In this document: piece by piece, positions 52,073-61,090 of the stretch
How positions within the stretch are numbered: position 1 is the first letter of the stretch
Layout of the letters: every line of letters begins with the position of its first letter
DNA from: an uncultured delta proteobacterium
GTDB taxonomy: Bacteria; Desulfobacterota; Desulfobacteria; Desulfobacterales; UBA2156
Direction of reading: 5' to 3'
Length of the DNA stretch: 64,000 bases
Assembly (NCBI GenBank): GCA_963736855.1
Contig: CAVTQK010000017.1
Span: 163,604-227,603 of the forward strand
Made by a program: the position numbers and the translations under genes
The notes under the pieces: generated by a model
Databases searched by the model: none
What the model saw: only the letters and a program-made list of their open reading frames with translations
What the model was told of the DNA's origin: nothing

Positions 52073-53393
52073 CAGCGTCAATTCGCTCGCCTTCGAGGAC
52101 ATCGATCGCCGCGTTCTCGCCACCCTGGCACCGGCGTCCAGGGGATACTGGGCGACAGTGGGACTTTTGGCTTTCGGCGTCCTCATCGGTGCGGGATGCT
52201 GGGCCTATCAGATCGCCGCTGGGGTGGGCGTGGCCGGAATGAACAATCCGGTGGCATGGGGAACTTATCTGATCAATTTCGTTTTCTGGGTGGGGATCGC
52301 CCATTCCGGAACGCTGATTTCTGCAATCCTGCATCTCATGCGGGCCTCCTTCCGCAATCCCATCGCCCGGGCAGCGGAAACCATGACGGTCTTTGCCGTA
52401 TGTGTCGCCGGTCTGTTTCCCTTCATTCATCTGGGCCGGGTTTGGATGGTCTATTATATGCTCCCCATGCCGAATCAGAGGAATTTGTGGCAGAACTTTC
52501 AGTCTCCCCTCATGTTCGACGTGGTAGCCATCAGCACCTACCTGGCCGTGAGCACGCTTTTTTGGTACACCGGCATGCTCCCGGATTTGGCCGTTGTCCG
52601 CGACCGCTCTACAGGGAGGAAGAAAAAGATATTTACCTTGATCTCGCTGGGTTGGACGGGCGCCCAGGAACAGTGGCGGCACTATACCCGGGCCTATCTT
52701 TTTTTCGCGGCCCTGGCCGCTCCCCTGGTGATCTCCGTGCATAGCGTGGTCTCCTGGGATTTCGCCCTGAGCGTGGTCCCCGGCTGGCATACCACCATTT
52801 TCGCTCCCTATTTCGTGGCCGGCGCCATCCACAGCGGGCTTTCCATGGTGCTGACCCTCATGATACCGATGCGTCGGATCTTTAATTATGAAAAGATCAT
52901 CACCATCGATGTCCTGGAGAATGTGGCCAAGACCATCATCTTTACCGGCCTCATCGTGGCCTTTGCCTACGGTACCGAATTTTTCATGGCATGGTACAGT
53001 CGAAATCCCGTTGAACTGGAGGTGTTCCGCTACCGGCCCTTCGGCGACTATGCCACAGGGTTCTGGATCATGGCGGTTTGCAACACCATCTTGCCCCTGG
53101 TCTTTTTTTTCAGGTTCGCCAGGCGGTCTTTGATGATTCTTTTCATGGTTTCCATCCTGGTCAACATCGGGATGTGGTTCGAGCGGTTCGTCATCATCGT
53201 TACCGGCGTCAGCCGGGACTTCATCCCCCATGCCTGGGGTCTGTATGCGCCCACATGGGTGGAATTCGGGATCATGATCGGGAGTTTTTCCCTTTTTTTC
53301 TTTCTCTTCATGTTGTTCGTGAAGCATCTGCCGTCGGTATCCATGACGGAGATGAAAGAAATGCTGGGGAAAAGGGGCGGCCATGGCGGATGA
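52065..53393 (+). CDS. actC: ACIII NrfD-family quinol-oxidising subunit
   Basis: NFVFWVGIAHSGTLISA, RAAETMT, HLGR and SVHSVVSWDF. Confidence 0.9.
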   Translation: MSDSVNSLAFEDIDRRVLATLAPASRGYWATVGLLAFGVLIGAGCWAYQIAAGVGVAGMNNPVAWGTYLINFVFWVGIAHSGTLISAILHLMRASFRNPIARAAETMTVFAVCVAGLFPFIHLGRVWMVYYMLPMPNQRNLWQNFQSPLMFDVVAISTYLAVSTLFWYTGMLPDLAVVRDRSTGRKKKIFTLISLGWTGAQEQWRHYTRAYLFFAALAAPLVISVHSVVSWDFALSVVPGWHTTIFAPYFVAGAIHSGLSMVLTLMIPMRRIFNYEKIITIDVLENVAKTIIFTGLIVAFAYGTEFFMAWYSRNPVELEVFRYRPFGDYATGFWIMAVCNTILPLVFFFRFARRSLMILFMVSILVNIGMWFERFVIIVTGVSRDFIPHAWGLYAPTWVEFGIMIGSFSLFFFLFMLFVKHLPSVSMTEMKEMLGKRGGHGG

Positions 53394-53889
53394 TCGCACC
53401 ATTATGGGGATATTTTCCGATGAACAAACGACCTTGTCCGCCGTCCGTGCCCTAAAAGAGACACCGTGGTCCATCGAAACGGTCATGAGCCCCATCCCCA
53501 GCCGCGAGATCGCCGATGAGCTTTCCACCAAACCCAGCCGGGTCGGATATTTCACCCTGGCGGGTGGAATCATCGGTTTCTTCACAGGGTTCGGGCTGGC
53601 GGCGTTCACGGCCCTGCAATGGCAGCTGGTGGTGAGCGGCAAACCGATCGTGGCCCTGGTTCCGTTTTTCATCGTGGGGTTTGAATTTACCATCCTGTTC
53701 GCTGTTTTCGGAAACGTGGTAGGACTGATCCTTAAGACAAAGCTTCCCGACTACAGTGGATTGGCGAATCATGATGCTCGGTGCACGGGCGCAGGTTTCG
53801 GCGTGGTGGCTGCCTGCCCGGTTTCGGATGAGCAAAAGCTTTTGGATTTTTTACAGAATAGAGGGGCCGACACGCGGATTCTGTCATGA
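53383..53889 (+). CDS. actD: ACIII subunit D (DUF3341)
   Basis: SPIP, two TM helices, VSGKP and FEFTILF. Confidence 0.85.
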   Translation: MADDRTIMGIFSDEQTTLSAVRALKETPWSIETVMSPIPSREIADELSTKPSRVGYFTLAGGIIGFFTGFGLAAFTALQWQLVVSGKPIVALVPFFIVGFEFTILFAVFGNVVGLILKTKLPDYSGLANHDARCTGAGFGVVAACPVSDEQKLLDFLQNRGADTRILS

Positions 53890-55109
53890 ACAAGACCGCC
53901 GCGAAGATCACGGAATCAGTTTTCTTCAACAGATCCCTTCTCCGGATGACCGGCGTATCGATCGGCATCGGCCTGGTTTCCTTTATCATTCTCCTTTCCG
54001 GAAAGCATCCGGAGCGGGCGTGGCAGGCATATCTCACCAATTTTCTCTTCTGGTCCTCCGTGGCCCAGGGAGGTCTTTTGTTCTCGACCGTCATGCAAGT
54101 TGCCCGAGGCCGTTGGGGCCGGTCTCTGACCGGACCGGCCGAGGCGCTGGCAGGTTTTTTTCCGGTTTCTTTTGTCCTCTATCTGATTCTTTTTTTAGGA
54201 TACAAACAGGTATTTCCCTGGCGATACATGGAATTGGGTGAAAAAGCGGCGTGGCTGAATCTTCCCGGCCTCTTCGTCCGGGATGCGGCAGGGCTTCTGA
54301 TCCTCTATGGTTTGGGATTTATCTACCTCTATCATTCGTGGGCGTTTCGGTTGAGCCGGAAAACCGACGCCGGAAAAACAAGGAAATATTTAAACCGGCT
54401 ATGGAACAGTCGATCCATCGATCCGGATCGGTTCAGGGCGCGCGCGACCCTTTTTGCGGTCTTGTATATCATTGCCTATGCCGTCATCCTTTCCCTGATT
54501 GCTTACGACCTGATCATGGCCCTGGATCCCCATTGGTATTCCGCCCTTTTCGGCGCTTACCACTTCGTCAAGGCGTTTTACATGGCCTTGGGGGTCCTGG
54601 TTATTCTGGCTTCCATCCTCCACATGAACCCGCAGATCCCCTTTGCCCTGCGCCCATCCCAGTTTCATGACCTGGGAAAGCTCTTTTTCGCCTTTTGCCT
54701 GGTCTGGGCCGATTTTTTTTATTACCAGTTCGTGGTGATCTGGTACGGCAACATCTCCGAAGAAACGGCCTACGTGATCGCAAGAACCATGACGCCGCCG
54801 TGGAGGCCCCTGGCATGGTTGGTCTTCATCGTTTCTTTCGGGATTCCTTTCCTGATACTGCTCAATCGGAAGATCAAATCCAACCCGAAATGGATGAGTC
54901 TGTTGAGCGCGCTGGTTCTTCTGGGATTGTGGCTGGAGCACACCCTCCTTATCGGGCCGTCCCTGAATCCCCATGTCCATACGCTGCAGTTGGGGATTTT
55001 TGACGGCCTGATCTTTGTCGCTTTTATCGGGCTTATGACCTTAGTAGTGGCGTCGGTTCTACACGTTTTTCCGGAGTTGGCCGAAAGCCGCATTTCGGAG
55101 GACTCATGA
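53886..55109 (+). CDS. actF: ACIII membrane subunit F
   Basis: Multi-TM; DLIMALDPHWYS, HDLGKL and IWYGNISEE. Confidence 0.85.
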   Translation: MNKTAAKITESVFFNRSLLRMTGVSIGIGLVSFIILLSGKHPERAWQAYLTNFLFWSSVAQGGLLFSTVMQVARGRWGRSLTGPAEALAGFFPVSFVLYLILFLGYKQVFPWRYMELGEKAAWLNLPGLFVRDAAGLLILYGLGFIYLYHSWAFRLSRKTDAGKTRKYLNRLWNSRSIDPDRFRARATLFAVLYIIAYAVILSLIAYDLIMALDPHWYSALFGAYHFVKAFYMALGVLVILASILHMNPQIPFALRPSQFHDLGKLFFAFCLVWADFFYYQFVVIWYGNISEETAYVIARTMTPPWRPLAWLVFIVSFGIPFLILLNRKIKSNPKWMSLLSALVLLGLWLEHTLLIGPSLNPHVHTLQLGIFDGLIFVAFIGLMTLVVASVLHVFPELAESRISEDS

Positions 55110-55738
55110 CGGCGCTGCTGGTGATTGCCGCGGCCGCAGCCGCAATTTTCATCACGGCGGTTTTGATCGGAACCGGCGGAAAACCCTTGGTGGTGCTCAC
55201 TTCCTTTGCGCAAACGAAAGTCGTTTTTCTAAAAAACAAAGGAGCCCTTGCCGCTCTTCTTGCCTCCGTTTTCCTGGTTGTCGCCTTTTTGTTCTGGTTT
55301 TACGGCGCCTCGGGAGCCGGGATCGGTCCCGAACAACCGATACCCTTCAGCCACCGGGTGCATGCCGGGGTGAAGGCGATTCCCTGCGAATTCTGCCATT
55401 CTTACGTGCGACGTTCCATCCATCCCGGGATTCCGCCGGCGGAAAAGTGCTTCTATTGCCATGATTACATCATTCCCCGTTATCCATGGATTCAAAAGGA
55501 GCATGAGTATCTGGAGACGAAAACGCCGACGCCCTGGAAAAAGGTCTTCTACCTTCCGGAGCATGTCTTGTTTAACCACGAACGCCACTTGAAAAAGGAG
55601 GTGCAATGCCGGGAATGCCATGGCGCCATCGAAACCCTGGACCGTATTTCCAGGAAACGCTTCAAGATGGGGTTCTGCATTACGTGTCACCAGGAAAAAA
55701 AGGCCAACCTGGGATGCTGGCTGGCATGTCACAATTGA
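55106..55738 (+). CDS. actA: ACIII pentaheme cytochrome c
   Basis: PEQPIPFSH; CEFCH, CFYCH, CRECH, CITCH and CWLACH. Confidence 0.85.
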   Translation: MTALLVIAAAAAAIFITAVLIGTGGKPLVVLTSFAQTKVVFLKNKGALAALLASVFLVVAFLFWFYGASGAGIGPEQPIPFSHRVHAGVKAIPCEFCHSYVRRSIHPGIPPAEKCFYCHDYIIPRYPWIQKEHEYLETKTPTPWKKVFYLPEHVLFNHERHLKKEVQCRECHGAIETLDRISRKRFKMGFCITCHQEKKANLGCWLACHN

Positions 55739-55756
55739 TAGGCGGCTGTATGTTTT

Positions 55757-57145
55757 ATGAAGGAAATGGGAAAAGTGGAATTGGCCAAAGCAAAAGAATG
55801 TAAGCCCTACGCCACCGCAAGGGGGTTTTGCCTGACATCGGCCTTCTGGATGGTGATCGCCACACTCATGGGGCTATTGGGTGCAACGGAATTGATCGCT
55901 CCGGATCTGTCCGGGAGGTTGGGGTGGCTCACATTCGGCCGGATCCGGCCGGTTCATGTCAACCTGGTTCTTTTTGGTTTCGTAACGCCGGGGCTTTTAG
56001 CGGCAGCCTTTTACTACGTCCCCAGACTCCTGAGGACGGAACTGTATAGCGAGACCCTGGGAAAAGTCACGGTCGTCGCCTGGAACATCGTGCTTTTAGC
56101 CATCCTGGTTTCTCTTTCCATGGGTTATACCCAGGGCCGTGAGTATGCAGAGCCCATATGGGTCATCGATGTTCTCGTCGTCGGGGCGTTGGCTCTAATT
56201 TTTTATAATCTCACGGCCACGGTGAAGCGCAGGGAAGAGCCGCTTCTCTATGTATCCGTCTGGTATGTGCTCGCCGCCGTGATCCTGACTGCCATTACCT
56301 ACTGCCTGGGAAACGTTATCTGGCGGCCGGATACCGGCGCTTTGACCGGCATCCCGGATGCGATTCTGCTCTGGTTTTACGGGCACAATATCTTCGGATT
56401 GCTGTTGACGCCGCTTTCCGCCGGGGTAGCCTATTATGTCATCCCCAGGGCCTGCCGGGCGCCCCTTTACAGCCATACGCTTTCCCTTTTGGGATTCTGG
56501 TCCCTCATCGTGGTCTATACGCATATCGGCACCCATCATCTGCTCCAGGTTCCGGTCCCCACATGGCTCAAGGTCATCGCCATCACCGACAGTGTGGCCA
56601 TGGTCATCCCGGTCATGGCCTTTCTCATCAACATCTGGTACACGGCCAAAGGACGGCTCGGTGAGATTCACGCGAATATCGGCGCCAAGTTCGTCTTCAC
56701 CGGCACCATCATGTTCTTTTTCGTGAGTATCCAGGGATCCATGATGTCGCTGCCCCAGGTCCAGCGGGTGACTCACTTCAATAACTGCGTGGTGGGGCAT
56801 GCCCATGTGGGGGTTCTGGGATTCGCGGGAATGATCGCCCTCGGGGGGTTGTACACCATCCTTCCCATGATCAGCGGAAGGCCCCTTTACAGCCGATTTT
56901 TAGCCGATCTCCAGTATTGGCTGATTCTTATCGGCGTGTCGGGTTTTGCGATCATACTCACGATCTCCGGGCTGATCCAGGGAAACGCCTGGCTTAACGG
57001 AGAAACGGTGTACCGGGTCCTTCCCGAAATCCATATGTACTATATCGTCCGGGCAGGTTTTGGGGTGATGATCTTTACGGCAGCCCTGATCGGCCTTTAT
57101 AACATGGGGAAAACCCTCTTTTCGCAAAAAGGGGGGATGATATGA
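55757..57145 (+). CDS. ccoN: cbb3-type (C-family) heme-copper oxidase subunit I
   Basis: GRIRPVH, REYAE, WFYGHN, YTHIGTHH and GHAH. Confidence 0.85.
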   Translation: MKEMGKVELAKAKECKPYATARGFCLTSAFWMVIATLMGLLGATELIAPDLSGRLGWLTFGRIRPVHVNLVLFGFVTPGLLAAAFYYVPRLLRTELYSETLGKVTVVAWNIVLLAILVSLSMGYTQGREYAEPIWVIDVLVVGALALIFYNLTATVKRREEPLLYVSVWYVLAAVILTAITYCLGNVIWRPDTGALTGIPDAILLWFYGHNIFGLLLTPLSAGVAYYVIPRACRAPLYSHTLSLLGFWSLIVVYTHIGTHHLLQVPVPTWLKVIAITDSVAMVIPVMAFLINIWYTAKGRLGEIHANIGAKFVFTGTIMFFFVSIQGSMMSLPQVQRVTHFNNCVVGHAHVGVLGFAGMIALGGLYTILPMISGRPLYSRFLADLQYWLILIGVSGFAIILTISGLIQGNAWLNGETVYRVLPEIHMYYIVRAGFGVMIFTAALIGLYNMGKTLFSQKGGMI

Positions 57146-58074
57146 AGATGACTCCCCAAGCCGTGACGTTCGGGAGCGTCGCCGTACTTGCGGCGGTGGT
57201 CCTGGTCGTGGTGCTGTTGCCTTACGTGAATACGAGCAAGACGACCCCTTCGGAGATTTTCCGTAATCGAACAGCCGAGGAAAACGAGGGGAGAGCACTA
57301 TACATCGCCAATGGGTGCGTCTATTGTCACAGCCAGTCGATCCGATCCTTCGATTGGGGCATGGGAGCCCAGCGCGTGGCCCAGGCCGGGGATTACATTC
57401 AGGACTATCCGATTCTTCTCGGATCCGCCCGGACCGGGCCGGACCTTTCCCAGGAAGGCGGGGAACATCCGGACGACTGGCATGCGGCCCACTTCATCAA
57501 CCCACGGTACACCCGACCTTTATCCATCATGCCACCCTTTGCGTTTCTGGCGGATGAAAAAATCGGGAAGCTGATCCGGCATGTCCAGGGGCTGGGGATG
57601 AAGGCCGCAGACAGGCGGATGCAGCGCCAGACCGAATGGAAGGCGGCGGCCGTCAAAGCCTTTGAGTCCGGAGTGGTTGGAAACGTCAATTGGCTCCACA
57701 GTCAGGTTCCCGAGGGGTGGCGGAAGATACCCAACCCTTATCCGACTTCCAACGCGGGGCTGGCCCGAGGTCACAAGATCTACCAGGATTTCTGTTTTGG
57801 ATGCCACAGTCCCATCGGAGACGGCATGGGGCCGTCCCAGCCGTACATTTATCCCCCCCCGCTGAACTTTACCATTCTCAAGGACCGGGGGATTTCGGGA
57901 GGCATTCTTTATTACCAGATCATGAATGGTATCACCGGAACCGCCATGCCCTATTTCAAGAAAGATCTGGAATCAGAAAAAATCTGGGAGGTGGGAGACT
58001 ATGTGGCCGTGAATTTCATCAACGAAAGCGATGCAGATAAAGAACCCAAGGGAATCGACGCGGCCTATGAGTGA
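57142..58074 (+). CDS. ccoO: cbb3 oxidase subunit II fused to a second cytochrome c domain
   Basis: GCVYCHSQ, GSARTGPDL and SIMP; second heme site CFGCH. Confidence 0.85.
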   Translation: MKMTPQAVTFGSVAVLAAVVLVVVLLPYVNTSKTTPSEIFRNRTAEENEGRALYIANGCVYCHSQSIRSFDWGMGAQRVAQAGDYIQDYPILLGSARTGPDLSQEGGEHPDDWHAAHFINPRYTRPLSIMPPFAFLADEKIGKLIRHVQGLGMKAADRRMQRQTEWKAAAVKAFESGVVGNVNWLHSQVPEGWRKIPNPYPTSNAGLARGHKIYQDFCFGCHSPIGDGMGPSQPYIYPPPLNFTILKDRGISGGILYYQIMNGITGTAMPYFKKDLESEKIWEVGDYVAVNFINESDADKEPKGIDAAYE

Positions 58075-58089
58075 CCGGGGGATACGCTG

Positions 58090-58374
58090 TTGGGGGAATC
58101 CATCATGTATTATCCTTATTTCGTCACCTACATCGTCGCCGGCCTGATTCTGAGCCTTGGGGTCTTTCTCTGGGCCCTGAAGAATGGCCAGTTCAAGGAC
58201 CGGGACCGGGCGCGCTACCTGCCCCTGGAAGATGAGATGAAGACCCGGCCGATGGGACTTTCAGGTGTGCGGCGCATCGAACTTCTTGTGCTGTACGCCC
58301 TGGTTTTCGCCGGATTGGGCTTAAGCGCAGCCGCGCTGATATTTTCTTTAACCCAGGGATGGCTGCTGCCGTAA
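58090..58374 (+). CDS. CcoS-like assembly protein
   Basis: FLWALKNGQFKD motif. Confidence 0.7.
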   Translation: MGESIMYYPYFVTYIVAGLILSLGVFLWALKNGQFKDRDRARYLPLEDEMKTRPMGLSGVRRIELLVLYALVFAGLGLSAAALIFSLTQGWLLP

Positions 58375-58383
58375 GGAGGTTCT

Positions 58384-58659
58384 GTGCGGTTTTTTCACCT
58401 GATGAATCTCGAGTATGTGGCTCTCTATATCTTCCCGACGCTTTTATTCATCCTCGTTTTTGCCTTGGTGTTGGCTTATTTCCCTCTTCGCGGGCCGGAC
58501 GATGAAAGCCGCTATCGAACCGTGATCTACCGGTATCCGGAGGACATCGAAGACCGAAACGCCCCGTTTCCTCTGGCCATGACGCTGATCATCGCGGGGG
58601 TCGTCGTTTGGGTGTTGGGTTACATCCTGGCTGTGGGCTTTTGGAAAGTTGGCATTTAA
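58384..58659 (+). CDS. Small two-TM membrane protein of the oxidase operon
   Basis: AGGAGG RBS and two hydrophobic segments. Confidence 0.65.
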   Translation: MRFFHLMNLEYVALYIFPTLLFILVFALVLAYFPLRGPDDESRYRTVIYRYPEDIEDRNAPFPLAMTLIIAGVVVWVLGYILAVGFWKVGI

Positions 58660-58660
58660 T

Positions 58661-58888
58661 ATGGAAAATCCAGCAGAAAGAAACGGCGTTTTCAAGACCT
58701 TTTTGCTCATCGCAGCCATGGTGATCCTGATTTTAGGCAAGGGATTTCTGGCTTTTCATGTGATCGGGGACTTGGGAACACCGCCGTGGGATTTTCGGCC
58801 GGTCAAGGATGTGCCGGCAGAATCACCCTATGCCATCTATGATCCGTTGCCGAATCCTCAGCACATTCAGGGGGCAGGGGGAAAATAG
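58661..58888 (+). CDS. Small membrane protein of the oxidase operon
   Basis: One TM plus WDFRPVKDVPAESPY; contiguous with neighbours. Confidence 0.6.
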   Translation: MENPAERNGVFKTFLLIAAMVILILGKGFLAFHVIGDLGTPPWDFRPVKDVPAESPYAIYDPLPNPQHIQGAGGK

Positions 58889-59416
58889 ATGAAGCGGCTG
58901 ATTGTCCTGGGTATTGCCGTTTCCGTAATCCTGGTGGCTGCATTCGCAGGGATAACCGTTTACGATGAATATATGCGATTCGGGCGGATGTGGGAAACCC
59001 CTGCGATCAGACCCCACGAGACTCCCCTCTTGGTGATGGGAAAAGAAAGCATCCCTGTCGATGGCGGAGAGGCGGCGCTTCGGGCCAGGGGCGCGAAAAA
59101 TCTCGAAAACCCGGATCCCGACCGGAGCATGAAGCGGGTTTTTGCGGGTAAAGCCGCTTACACCCGGTATTGTATCCATTGCCATGGAAAAGACCTGGAA
59201 GGGCAGGCAACGGTGGGGCAAAGTTTTTCAGCCCCGGCCATGGACCTGAAAAGCCCGCAGATCCGGGACCAGAAAGACGGCCTGTTGTTTTCCAGCATCA
59301 GTTACGGGAAAAACCGGATGCCCACCCTGGCCACCACGGTGTCGGTGCCCGAGCGTTGGGATATCATCGTTTATCTGCGCGCCGCTGCCGCCAACCCTAC
59401 CTTGGCATGCCGATAG
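58889..59416 (+). CDS. Membrane-anchored monoheme cytochrome c (ActE-like)
   Basis: CIHCHG, DGLLF...GKNRMP and ERWDIIVY. Confidence 0.8.
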   Translation: MKRLIVLGIAVSVILVAAFAGITVYDEYMRFGRMWETPAIRPHETPLLVMGKESIPVDGGEAALRARGAKNLENPDPDRSMKRVFAGKAAYTRYCIHCHGKDLEGQATVGQSFSAPAMDLKSPQIRDQKDGLLFSSISYGKNRMPTLATTVSVPERWDIIVYLRAAAANPTLACR

Positions 59417-59529
59417 CCGGGCAGCGCCCCGGTCTTTAGAGTTTACGTTGCTATCGGGTATCTGAATTTCCTATGAAAGCCTGTCTGTGATTAGGCCAAG
59501 GATGGGTGCTTAAAAGGAATTTGTACCCA

Positions 59530-59558
59530 TTGACAATGTACCCCATTTGCGCTACATT
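59530..59558 (+). promoter_or_regulatory. Toxin-antitoxin promoter with overlapping operator
   Basis: TTGACA-N17-TACATT; inverted repeat AATGTA-N12-TACATT. Confidence 0.65.
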
Positions 59559-59582
59559 CTAAAAAACAAATGGAGGTCAACC

Positions 59583-59843
59583 ATGAGTAAATCATCAACA
59601 ATAAGAGCCCGAATTGAGCCTGACCTAAAGGATAAGGCCGAGTACATATTTCATCAGCTTGGATTAACCACAACTCAAGCAATAACCCTGTTTTATAAGC
59701 AGGTTGAATTAAAAAAAGGACTGCCTTTTGATATAATCATTCCCAATGAGATCACACGGCAGACATTCAACGATACGGACGTGGGCCGTAATCTGATCAT
59801 CTGCGATAACACAGAAGATATGTTCAAAAAGCTTGGGATCTGA
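59583..59843 (+). CDS. RelB/DinJ family antitoxin
   Basis: IRARI...LGLTTTQAI...GLPF...PN. Confidence 0.9.
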   Translation: MSKSSTIRARIEPDLKDKAEYIFHQLGLTTTQAITLFYKQVELKKGLPFDIIIPNEITRQTFNDTDVGRNLIICDNTEDMFKKLGI

Positions 59844-60109
59844 TGCTCACTCCAGCATATACACGACAGTTTGAGAGAGACATCAAGAGGATGAAAAAGC
59901 AAGGAAAAAACCTTGATAAGCTGAAAATAATCGTCCTTTCCCTAGTTGCGGAGGAACCTTTGGATGCTATCCATCGTGATCATGGATTAGTCGGCAACTG
60001 GAAGGGGCGAAGGGAGTGCCACATTGAATCTGATTGGCTGCTGATTTACAAAACCGAATCGGATCGCATCATCTTCGAACGCACAGGAACACACTCTGAC
60101 TTATTTTAG
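59843..60109 (+). CDS. YafQ family mRNA interferase toxin
   Basis: RDHGLVG, RECHIESDWLLIY and RTGTHSDLF. Confidence 0.93.
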   Translation: MLTPAYTRQFERDIKRMKKQGKNLDKLKIIVLSLVAEEPLDAIHRDHGLVGNWKGRRECHIESDWLLIYKTESDRIIFERTGTHSDLF

Positions 60110-60127
60110 AAATGAGCGGGATTTCAT

Positions 60128-60192
60128 GCTCAACCAGACGTTTTTAGCGGATTGCGAGGACCATGCGCCCGGGCTGAAACGCATTGTTCCCA
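60128..60192 (+). other. Putative integron attC site 1
   Basis: GCTCAAC-N5-GTTTtTAGC...GCTGAAAC-N5-GTTCCCA. Confidence 0.55.
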
Positions 60193-60234
60193 AGGTGCGC
60201 GCTATCGCACCTTATGAATGCGGAGGAAAGGGCT

Positions 60235-60993
60235 ATGATAACAATCGACGAGAGTGAATTGTCGGCCTTGCTCCTGAAAAATGCCGGCCTCAGGTTGGTT
60301 GAGCCACATATTTATTCCGTTCTTTCGGATAATGAAACGGGCAATACTTATGATACTCAATTTGGGTACATATATGACTGGGTGGCGTGTAATCCCGCTT
60401 ATAACCGGCTAATATGGGGCTACTCCGTCGAAATATTTGCTGAAATTGCTGATGAAGCATTGAGATCATCCACACAAGGCAGCGTGTTGGATCTTGGGTG
60501 TGGTTCCTTGGCCTTTACGGCAGAGACGTATATCCAATATTCAGAGCGGCCTGTTGTGCTGGTTGATCAATCACTGAAAATGCTCCGAATCGCCAAGTCC
60601 AGATTGATAAAAAGAAATGGAAGGGTACCGGACAACATGGTTTTCCTTCACGCCGACGCCCTTCGGCTGCCGTTTCGAGAAGAAAGCTTCCAAACAATTA
60701 TTTCCGAAAATCTTCTTCATTGCCTTGACGACACAAGTGTCTTGCTGAATCGCTTAAGAAATATCCTATCAAAAGACGGCAAGATGTATTTTACGACTTT
60801 GGTCAGAGGCCGCCGGTTTGCCGACAGGTATCTTGAATCGTTGGCAAAGGGAGGCAAGTTGGTTTCCAGGAGCATTGAGGATCATCGAACGATTTTTGAT
60901 CAATGCGGAATGCCCTTTAAATTCGACATAATCGGCAACATGGCATCTATCTGTTACGATGCAGGAAATCAGCGAACAATCGGCTCAACCTGA
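60235..60993 (+). CDS. Class I SAM-dependent methyltransferase
   Basis: VLDLGCGS, VDQS and ADALRLPF. Confidence 0.88.
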   Translation: MITIDESELSALLLKNAGLRLVEPHIYSVLSDNETGNTYDTQFGYIYDWVACNPAYNRLIWGYSVEIFAEIADEALRSSTQGSVLDLGCGSLAFTAETYIQYSERPVVLVDQSLKMLRIAKSRLIKRNGRVPDNMVFLHADALRLPFREESFQTIISENLLHCLDDTSVLLNRLRNILSKDGKMYFTTLVRGRRFADRYLESLAKGGKLVSRSIEDHRTIFDQCGMPFKFDIIGNMASICYDAGNQRTIGST

Positions 60994-61048
60994 TCGAGAG
61001 AAGTGCTGCGGCACGGCGCGACAAGCCAGATCAGCCTGAACGTTAGGC
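60971..61048 (+). other. Putative integron attC site 2
   Basis: AGCGAAC...GGCTcAACCTG...CAGATCAGCC-N5-GTTAGGC; overlaps the stop of the upstream gene. Confidence 0.6.
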
Positions 61049-61090
61049 GTCGGAATGTGGCCGGTAACAGGGGATAAGAATTGAACACTT

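Noticed and set aside
49128..55738. QrcABCD of sulfate reducers
   Set aside because: ActD- and ActF-like subunits and the linked oxidase fit ACIII better.
55757..57145. Nitric oxide reductase
   Set aside because: It lacks the HLWVEG-type Glu motif and has the C-family active-site Tyr.
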